From Entomortierella parvispora E1425 (taxonomy: Eukaryota > Fungi > Mortierellomycota), in the NCBI GenBank assembly GCA_020891255.1, contig BQFW01000012.1:1-64000 (forward strand): a stretch of 64,000 bases of DNA, read 5' to 3'. A model generated the notes under the pieces. It ran no database searches. It saw only the letters and a list, made by a program, of their open reading frames with translations, and was not told the origin of the DNA. The position numbers and the translations under genes are program-made. The stretch's first letter is position 1; every line of letters begins with the position of its first letter. Shown one piece after another: positions 1-9,267 of the stretch.

Positions 1-120
1 CTAAAAACCCTAAACTAAAAACCCTAAAAAAACCCTAAAAAACCCTAAAAAACCCTAAAAAACCCTAAAAAAACCCTAAAAAACCCTAAAAAAACCCTAA
101 AAAACCCTAAAAACCCTAAA
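1..120 (-). repeat. Telomeric repeat array, CCCTA(n) with n=3-7 and mode 6 (TTTTTTAGGG on the G-rich strand)
   Basis: About 11 tandem CCCT+A-run units at the very start of the sequence (A-run lengths 3,5,7,6,6,6,7,6,7,6,5,3). The C-rich strand is at the 5' end, as expected for a left chromosome end. Confidence 0.95.
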
Positions 121-699
121 CCTTAATTTTAGGGTTTATTCGCCCTAAACTCGCGTATTTGAGCCGTTTAACGGCGTCCTAGAGCGTCTATGCATCGTTT
201 GCGCCATTCAGTTCGACCGTAAGATACGTTTTCTGTTATTTCCTAAAAAGGAAATGTGTAGATGTTTGGTGGCTTAGACTTTCTGGACTATTAGGTATAT
301 CCTTTTGTTTACTTTTTCTCCCGGGTTCGAATCCGGCTTCGGCCTTGCTTTTCTGAAGATATAAAAACAACGTGCTTTTTTTCCTTCGTAGAGACATAAG
401 ATATGGTGTATTAGATAGCTCCCCTCACAAGTATTTCACCCGGCCAAAAACATCGTCAATCCATAAGGTGGATCTTGAGCAATTGCATTTTTCAATCTCG
501 TTTTTTTTGAAAATCGAACGCTCATTTCTCGATATCTACGTTGACGACCAAGGTGATTTTCATATGGGAAGGTTCCTATTCATCAAAGGTCTATATTCAT
601 AAAGAAAAATCGATGATTGACAATGTAGTTGATGCGTAATTGCTGTTCTTAGATTTCGTTTTTTTTTAAAAAAAATTCATCTGTAAGATGGAGGAGTGA

Positions 700-2945
700 A
701 GTGGTGACAGGAGCCGAGAGCTAGCCACTTACGACAATTCGTGGCTGCATTTCATGAAGTACGAGAAGGAAAAAGAGCCAAGTCTGCAGTGTTTACTCTC
801 CTCATCGTGCATGCAGACAAGAACATCAGCTCGTGCAGTTGTCACGTAGTTTTTTTATTAAAAGTTGTACACGCTAGACAAAAGTAGGAACAAGAGGGCA
901 GAGACGAGGGCGCAAAACACACGAGACTGCGGTGACTTTGCCCTGGATCCTCGCTACTGCATGCTCTGCCTGCGGGCCAGAGAAATCTAGCAGTTGATGG
1001 TAGATCTGACTTACCTGAGAAGTGCGCGCGACTGAATGAATCACCTCATGTTTCCTGCATGCACCTTGTTTGTCGCATGTCCACTCTGGTTCATGGCGAG
1101 ATTGAATGAGCGCTCTCCGTATGATTAGATGTAAAAGAAGTTGTGGTTGACGACAAAGGGAAGGAGTAGCGAGCAACGCGTGAGAAAGGAAGGAGAAAGC
1201 GAGAGGAAACGCCCAAGCTTGCGACGACAGGAAGAAAGGAAGAGAGCGAAAACAAAGACAGGGCACAAAAGACCCGCTGATGTTTGATGCAAGAGTCGAG
1301 TTGGATGCAACGGTCGGTTAAGACGGCGGCTGCAAGACGGCGGCTGCAAGACGTGAAAGATGTGAGGATGTGAGTTGGATGATCATGAGGGGAGAAGGAT
1401 GCACGAGATGAGATGCAACAGAGAAGAGACATGCAAAAAGGAAAGGGATGCAGGAGACGAGAGATGCAAGAGAGGAGAAAAGAAGACGGATGCAAAAGAC
1501 GCGAGGACAGGGGAAGGATGCAAAGTCTAGGGGAACAGGAATCGAGACGAGAGAGACGAGAGAGACGAAAGGAGAGGGATGCAAAAGTCGAGACGGAGAA
1601 TGATGCAGCAGACGAGAGGGAGGGACGCAAGATTTGTAGAATGCAGGAGACGAGAAGGTTGAAGGATGCAAGAGACAAGATGAATGCAAGGGACGAGATG
1701 GATGCAAGGGACGAGATGGACGCAAGGGACGAGATGGACGCAAGGGACGAGATGGACGCAAGGGACGAGAGGGATGCAAGGGACGAGATGGATGCAAGGG
1801 ACGAGATGGATGCAAGGGACGAGATGGATGCAAGGGACAAGATGGATGCAAGGGACAAGATGGATGCAAGGGACGAGAGGGATGCAAGGAGGATGGGTCG
1901 AGAGATGGCAAGAGAAGGGTGGGAGACAGGCGGGAGAAAAGACAAATTCTGGGACGCTCCATCCAAGAAACAACAACGCCCCCCCTTGGGCCCCTTTTTT
2001 TCTTTTTTTTTGACAAAAGGATCCTCGATGGTCTTGGGAGGGAAGAGGACAGGAGGAAAGAGAAGAGGAGGGACAAGAGGGAGGAGAAGAGAGGGAAACG
2101 AAGAGACGGACAAAAGGGAAGAGAAGAGACGGACAAGAGGGAAAAAAACCAGCAGGACATGGACACGGACGTCTTTTCGTCTGGCGGCCCGCCCGCAAGC
2201 GGATCCAGCGAGGATCCAACAACAGCTGAGACAAAAAAGGATCAGGAACGATCGATCAGTCTCGTCCATGCGGAGGATCCCTGATTTTTAGTTGTTGTTT
2301 TTTTTTTGTTGGCGCCAACAGCAGCGTCTTCATACCAAGACTTCATATCATTCATACTTTGAGTGGACAGGCGTAACCTGTGGGGATTCAGACAGGGTTG
2401 TCACAATCCCACAGAGGAAGAGCGAGAAGGTAAGAGGGGAGAGATCAAGCAGACATGTGCAAGAGATGGGAAGGAAGAAAAGAAACGAACGATCAAAACT
2501 TACGAACCAGAGGGAAGAGAAGAAAGGAAAGAAGGGAGGGGGAAGAAGAGAGGGGCAGTTGAGTGCAACAGACGAAAGAGCAATGCAAGAGACGGGAAGA
2601 CCAGACAAGTCCTAGCGTAAAGGAGAAGACATCAGCGAAGGGAAAGAAGAGAGACTGACGAACAAGGAGGAAGGAAACAGAGGAGCAAGAAAGAAGAGAA
2701 GAGAGGAGAGGAACAAGAAGGAAGGGAAGAGAAGAGAAGAGAAAAGACGATCAAGAGGGAAGAGAAGAGAGGGACAAGAGGAGAGAGGACAAGAGGCAGA
2801 AGAGGGAGAAGAAGGGAGAAAACCGACAACAGCTGAGACAAACGAAGATCTGCAGGAAACGATGATCTGTCCATGCGGGACAAGACAAACATAAAAAAGT
2901 CTTCTTTTTTTTTCTTTTTTTTTTTTTTTTGCGCCAGCAGCTGCC
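700..2945. repeat. Subtelomeric purine-rich degenerate repeat block A, with an internal duplication (modules ending ~2315 and ~2940)
   Basis: Plus strand is GA-rich. CAACAGCTGAGACAAA occurs at 2220-2235 and 2827-2842, and GTCCATGCGG at 2264-2273 and 2869-2878. Each module ends in a T-tract followed by GCGCCA(A/G)CAGC. Confidence 0.75.
1680..1890 (+). repeat. 18-bp minisatellite, consensus ATGGATGCAAGGGACGAG, ~11.5 copies
   Basis: Direct tandem units are readable in the sequence and appear as MDARDE repeats in ORF 1413..2291. There are no spacers. Confidence 0.95.
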
Positions 2946-4350
2946 AGCAGCTGTCAAGTGCTCCTCAAAACCTCTTCCTTCTCCCAGCTGTTGGGTGGGC
3001 AAGTGCGCCGCACTGTGGGAATGCAGAAAGGGTTGTCTCAAGCACTCGAGATCATGAGCAGAGTATTTGTCGACGCGACAGTTTTTTTGCCCCAAATACA
3101 TCACACGCTTGTCCCTGCTGGGGTGACCTGATTTTGAGTCAAGCAGCGGTACCATAATCATCAAAGGGAGGGATGGAGGTACGTTTGGGTGTTCGGTAGC
3201 AGCGATCCAGCAGAGGGAGGCTGCGGAAGGTGGATGAGCTGCTGGGCCCATGTCTGCCTTGCCACCTTGCCCTTTCGCGGGAAGAAGACTGTTCCACTAA
3301 ATAATGTGCCAGCATTGCTCCACCAAGGGGACTCCCACCAAGGTGCCTTGTGGCATGATCCGTCTTTACTCCAAAAAAATTCTGTCAAGCCGAGCCGCTG
3401 CATGTTGTTGCATGTTGTTGCATCTCGACTTCATCCCAGTCCCTCCGTTCAAGTAAGGCGTGGGGTGGACTTTGTTACCGCTGTTCCAGTCGTCTCTCAT
3501 GGTTGCTGGCTGTATCCCATCCAGAAAGCCCACTGCATGCCGTGGCACTTCAATTCCATTCTGGAACCCTGCATCAAGTTGAACTGCTCGATCCCCCCCA
3601 ATTCGTTCCGGGACTGAGGGGGGGGGGGGGGGAGTCTCTTACAACTCGCCCTCCTGTGGGTCTTGAGTCCAGGAGGCGAGTGGTGGCCCTGTTGCTACCT
3701 ACCTCCTATTCTGCCAAGCTCTTTTGCATGTCGCTTCCTGTCAACTTCCTGTTCCTGGGGTTGGCCTTGCACTGTTGATTGGGCCTGTTGCAGGCGTGAG
3801 ATGTATCCGAGATGAACCCAATGTTGAATCAGATAGAAGTCGAATAGAATAAAAGTCGATGCCAGTCGACATATTATTATTGAATGCGAGGCCGATTCCG
3901 ATCGAATCTCAAATCTCGCTGCTGTGGACTCAAGAAAACCCGGGGATCCGGATTCCAGTTGCCGGAATTACGATTCATGATTAGTTGCAGGAATTACTTT
4001 TATAGTAATTCTTAGTCAGCCACTAGAGAGCTACAAGAAAAAAAAATGGATTTGGACTCCAGTTGCCGGTATATAGCAATCGCGGTAGGGAGGCTACGTA
4101 ACGCCTCGTGGATGATACTCAAGACGTCAATTGCTATGGATGTTTTTGATAGATTTGTAAATAGCAGATGCTCTATCTTGCCTTACGGGTCCCTTGCCTT
4201 GCTGACCGAATACCACATTGCCGATCATTGCTCTCTAAAACATATTCGAAGTTCCACTATAAAGATGGGATGGATGAGCGGCAAGTTCATCATTCATTCT
4301 TTCATACTCGGATTTCCCACCTCTGTTCGCCATTTACATCTGGCTTCAAA

Positions 4351-5590
4351 ATGACAACATCCGCACCTTCGCTTCCCTCAACTGCCAAGTCCTTGCAATG
4401 GACCGCAGTTGGTAAACCAGCAGACGTTCTCACTCTCAACGAGGCTACGCCTCTTCCCAAGATAACCGGTTCCTATGTCCTTGTGAAAGTCCATGCCGCT
4501 GCCGTGAATCCGGTTGATTGGAAACTCATGAAAGGAGGCGTCCCTCGCTTTTTTATGCCTTCTATCAAAGTGCCTGGGGTGGATATTGCTGGTACAGTTG
4601 TTGCCATAGGTCCCAAGGCTGGTAAGAAAGTCCAGATTGGCGATCAAGTCATGGTCTTATTGAGCCTTTTCCAGTCGGGTGGTTTGGCAGAGTACACGCT
4701 TGTGGATGAATCTCTCGTGGCCAAGAAACCAGAGCGGTGGTCATTTGAGCAAGCCGCATCGATGCCGTTGGCGACAATGACTGCTTGGCAGGCATTGGTG
4801 GATTATGGAAAGTTCAAGAAAGGAGACAAAGTCCTCATCAATGGCGCCAGTGGCGGCACAGGTAAGGAAGAGGTCAGGTTGGACATATTATAACTTCAAG
4901 CATGATATTATTATTGTTGGATGACCACATGGCTCATGTTCTTTCTTGTCATAACGTCTTATCCTGTAGGCACGGTTGCCGTGCAGTTGGCCAAGGCTCT
5001 AGGGGCATATGTCGTGGGTGTCTGCTCAGGCAGCAACGCTCAGATGGTCAAGGATCTCGGAGCGGATGAGATTGTTGACTACAGGACGACCAATGTCACC
5101 GAAAAATTTAAAAATCAAGACTTTGACATCGTCTTCGACGCAGCCACTACTGGAGACCAGGTACGTGTGGTGCTGAAGGGATTCTATACCTGCAAAGAGA
5201 GCGTGGTGCTAATCCAGCATTCTATAAACAATGATTCTCTTGTAACAGTTTTGGGCGAAGAGGCATACACTTATCAAGCCAAGTGGCCATCTGGTCCTGA
5301 TTGTCGCAAAAGACAATGCTGTGGACACACCTTTCCATATGCTCTACTCTGGTGCCTGCGTCGCAAGCAAGAAGGCCGCCACCTTTTTGCAAAGGGGTCC
5401 GGGATACCATCTTCTTCTGACGGAGCGAGATGGTGCAGAGCTAGCAGAAGCTGTAAAAGTCCTTGAAGACGCAAAAGCTGATCCAACCATCGATTCGGTT
5501 TACGAGTTTACACTTCCATCTGTACTCGAAGCTTTCGACAAGAGTATATCTGGACGGGCAAAAGGAAAGATTATCGTCAAGATCCATTGA
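4351..5590 (+). CDS. Medium-chain dehydrogenase/reductase (MDR) family NADPH:quinone reductase-like oxidoreductase; exons ~4351-4861, 4970-5160, 5249-5590
   Basis: Motifs VLVKVHAAAVNPVDWK, GVDIAGTVVAIG, GDKVLINGASGGTG|GTVAVQLAKALGA and GRAKGKIIV. Two GT-AG introns keep the frame. TATAAA at ~4257. Confidence 0.92.
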
Positions 5591-5739
5591 GGATTGATGT
5601 TCCAACAATAACCCCTCTCCTGTCGTTTATACAGGCAGAATAGAAATTGAGCACCATCCTCGTCAGTAAAGTAAAATCGCTGGCAACGTCCTGCCACTTC
5701 CACATGTCCTTGCGCTGCTGGATGACGCTAGAATAGAGC

Positions 5740-7000
5740 AGTGGATCGATAGCAGGAGGCACGGGCTAGCCGTTGCCTACAGCTTTTGGCTGAATACTAC
5801 AGCTTTTGGCTGAATAGGATGGAAAAAATGCCGCGTCTGCACTTTGAGGAAGAAAGAAACCGTTAAGACCTTGATAGAACGATCCAACAGCAGCAAGACA
5901 GACTGTGAACTTGTAGCTTTCTCAAGCAGTTTTCACCCTCCTCATCGTGCATACAGAAGGGAAGAAAAGGGCCCAGGCCGGCAGTAGCGGACTGTCGCGC
6001 GCGCCTGAATTAATGACTTTTTGGTCCGCCTCGCGCTTTCTCGTCGCATGTTGAATGTAGGTCATGGCTAGATTGAATGAGGAGTACCTGTTAACAACAA
6101 GGGGAAGGGGTGGGGTCGCAACGGGCGGGCAAGGAAGGGGGACACGCTTGTTTTTTACTGTCTCAAGGCACCAAGGACATCACTGAAGGAAACAGCCAGG
6201 CCCACAATAGCAACAAAGAGAAAAGGAAACCGATGGCTCACAGGGACCAGCCGACGTTTGCTATGAACTCCAGAGGAAGAGAAATAGAAGGGCTGCAAGA
6301 CAGGAGTTGGATGCAAAGGATGAGCTGAAACGGATGGATGCAAGAGGCGAAAGAGGTGGGTTAGATTCAAGGGATGAGAGGGAGGGAGAAAAGGAGAGGT
6401 AAGAAATGAGAGAGGCAAGAGACGAAGGAGAAGCAAGAGATGAGGGAGACGACAGAGACAAGGGAGACAAGGGAGGCAAGGAAACAGGGGAGGCAAGGAA
6501 ACAAGAAAAGAATGCGAGTCAAGAGGGATGGAAGACTCGTGGATACAAGAGAGGAGCTGAACGCAAGAGAAGTAAATGCAAGTCGATGCAAGGTATGAAT
6601 TGGAAGTGAGAAAGAATGGATCGAACAACAAGAATGCAAGACAACAATCGGATGCAAGAAACGAGCTGGATGGAACGGGCTGGATGCAACAGGCGAAAGA
6701 GCGATGCAAAAGAGGCAAGAGGGGAGACAGAAAGTTCGAGAATGAGGGGAAAAAAAACCAGAGGGAAGAAGGATGGAGACGAAGGAGAGGGAAGGGAAGA
6801 GACGACCACGAAGGGAAGAGAGAAAAGACGATCAACAGAGGAGAGAAAGAAGAGACGACCAAGAGGCCAAGAGGGGAGAGATGTGCAAGAGGGGAAAGAA
6901 GAGAGAAGAGACGAACACGAAGAGAGTTCGGGTCCACGCGTCCACGCGGACAACAAAAACACGGTGCAGGTCTTTTTTTTTTTTTTTGTTTTGGACGACG
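5740..7000. repeat. Subtelomeric purine-rich degenerate repeat block B, a diverged same-orientation copy of block A
   Basis: Collinear anchors shared with block A: CTCCTCATCGTGCAT (798-812 and 5938-5952), TCATGGC(G/T)AGATTGAATGAG (1091-1110 and 6062-6081), GAAAAGACGATCAA (2741-2754 and 6822-6835), GTCCA(T/C)GCGG plus terminal T-tract. Confidence 0.7.
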
Positions 7001-7448
7001 GCCTGCTGGGAGAAAAGATCGAACAGAGGACCTTGTTCCAACAGGAGGGCAGATCGCCAACCAACGGCGCACGCACGGATGGCCATGGCCCAACGAACAA
7101 GGCGGCTCAGGACACTATTCTCTAGCATGGATTGAAGCGCGCCCCGATCAGTCTAGATAAAAAAGTGGACGCCAAGGAGAATAGATGGTTTCTTGCGAAT
7201 TGCCCACATGTTGGCAAGGGCTTCAATTCGGACACGACACGGCATTGTTCTTTTCGGATCGTGCAGGCGGGAGTCGGATCAAGGCGAGCAGCGGCAGTTT
7301 GTGCGCCGAATGTTGTCTATATCTCGAAGCAGTGTCCCATCGTCCCAGCCGCAGAGCAGAGAAAAGGCACTGCCTGACTGGTGCCCCTCGCTCTCTGCAA
7401 CATTCATTGAGCGAACTGCCAAAAAGAGGCAGAGAGCTCGGGAACCCT

Positions 7449-7483
<35 letters not shown>

Positions 7484-7506
7484 TTGGCAAGCGAATCAAA
7501 GCCCGA

Positions 7507-7851
7507 ATGGACGCAGCACAATACTTCTCAGTTGGCAATCTGGTATGTGAACACCACAAGAACATGCCAACTGGTGAAGTCCAGTACATCTGCCCATCTG
7601 AAGACCCCCGGGCATCATGGAAGGTGGATTTTCTCACGCCGAATGTCTTCCACCCACGTACAATGAGAGGTATCACAGCATGGGTCAACAGCGCCCAGAC
7701 CATGCTGTTTCTGCTCCAGTGGGACGAGTGGGCTCCACCGTCAATATTTTTGAATCCAGCCATGCCATGGCTCGTGAAACGCAAAGAGAAGATTCCATCC
7801 TTTTACTACGCGTACAGTACTTCTCAGGGTACAGACGGAGTGAACCGTTGA
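7507..7851 (+). CDS. Hypothetical 114-aa ORF, possibly a gene fragment
   Basis: ATG-started, normal-complexity ORF with no recognisable motif, immediately after a long T-tract. Confidence 0.3.
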   Translation: MDAAQYFSVGNLVCEHHKNMPTGEVQYICPSEDPRASWKVDFLTPNVFHPRTMRGITAWVNSAQTMLFLLQWDEWAPPSIFLNPAMPWLVKRKEKIPSFYYAYSTSQGTDGVNR

Positions 7852-8302
7852 ATGAGGCAACCACCACGGTCAACAACTACTGTTTGCCTTTGTTGTCAAA
7901 CAAAAATGTATCTCTCTCCCGGGAATTGCCAGGGCGATAACCTAGTATCCTCAATGCAAATGTAGAAGGTCTTGCGGTGCGTGCAGTTGGGAGGAAAAAA
8001 GTTTTCCAAAGTCAGACAGACAGACGAGGCTACGTGTTTCCCAGCAGGGAGCGCAGTGCCCTCGACTGAGATTCAATGACCATTGCAAAATCAATGGGTT
8101 GGGTATGAGGTTGACGTCTCTACTTTCAAGAATTGGTTCCCCTCTCCATGAAAGCACAGAGGTAAATGCAAATGAAGAGCGCTGAGTACCAAACCGTGGG
8201 AGAGGCACAGGGGTGACATTCGTATAAATACTCAACTTCGTTGTTCATTCCTAAATCATCACCACTTTCTTTTCATCCACTTACTCGCCCTTCCTTAAAA
8301 AA

Positions 8303-8836
8303 ATGTCAGGCTCCTTTTGCCGAATCCTGCTCCTGGCCTTCGCCATGATTCTTACATTGCCTATGATCATGGCGGCTGTATCCCCGGAAATCCTCGCAGT
8401 CGGAAACTCCTACCGAGACCTTCGCAATATCAAGGGCCACTGGGGTGGAGGCGAACCCGACGAAGATGTTGACAATTACAACGGCAAGAAACACTTGGCT
8501 ATGCAGGTATATGTTTCCACCTAAGTATCCCTTGAACGACTGTGTCAATCCTCATTCAAGGAGATGATGTACTGATAGTCAATTAACTTTCTGGGAACTG
8601 AATAGCAATTGGCGCAATACTTTGGCAAGCCTGGCACCAAACTGGCAGATATCCAGAGTGCCATGGGTGAGCCAGATGTGACGCGCAAGGACCTGATTGA
8701 GGCAAACCAGCCCAGCTCGGTCTCGTTCGAGTACTACGTGTACCAATGGCGTGGCAACCATGACTTTGTGTGGTTCCGTATTGACAATGCCAAAAACATT
8801 GTTCTCAAGAGTGCATGGTACTTTGCATACGAGTAG
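8303..8836 (+). CDS. Small secreted hypothetical protein (~144 aa); exons 8303-8506 and 8606-8836
   Basis: Hydrophobic signal peptide (ILLLAFAMILTLPMIMAA). Phase-0 GT-AG intron 8507-8605 joins two ORFs in frame. TATAAATA at 8223-8230. Confidence 0.85.
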
Positions 8837-9267
8837 AGCGCAGTCCAGTTGTGCGTCAAAAGAATAACGACTCCAGAGCCGCGAGGCCGTATAAAAAATA
8901 AATTTCTTCAGTTAAATTATCCTGGAAAACTAACTGTAAAAGATCTTCCTCCCACATCCTGCAAGTCCCATGCCCTGCTGATGCCCCACTGAGTCTCACA
9001 GGCGCACAAACGAAGCTTCCTTCGCTTTGGCTTTGATGCTCATCAGACCCGATCGAGTCATTCATCGCATGGTCTTTGCCTTCTTTGTCCTTGATTCACC
9101 TTCTTCTTCCCCCTCTTCTTGCCCTCGCATTCCTACTTCCTTCTCCTTCTCTCTGTCTCTCTCCTTTCTTGCACCGACTGTCCTTCTCTCCCTCCCACTG
9201 TCTTCGCACTGTGCATGGTTACCGTGCCTCTCCTTCCTTCCCTTCGTCTCATTGCTCGCTCCAGTTC

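Noticed and set aside
262-345. Complete tRNA gene
   Set aside because: Only a T-arm/B-box is present. There is no acceptor-stem partner, D-arm or anticodon arm, and internal T-runs would terminate Pol III.
1680-1890. CRISPR-like reading of the regular repeat
   Set aside because: The units are directly adjacent with no unique spacers, there are no cas genes, and the context is eukaryotic.
1091-2892. Long ORFs on both strands (e.g. 1091..2269-, 1413..2291+, 1318..2166-)
   Set aside because: They are products of GA/CT-skewed low-complexity DNA and the 18-bp minisatellite, which lack stop codons. Several overlapping frames are open at once and none has a domain.
5778-5816. 20-bp tandem duplication TACAGCTTTTGGCTGAATA(C/G) as a target-site duplication
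   Set aside because: The copies are adjacent with no element between them, so simple slippage is more likely.
6110-7160. ORFs 6155..7093-, 6519..7100-, 6576..7160+ and neighbours
   Set aside because: Same low-complexity purine tract artefact as block A.
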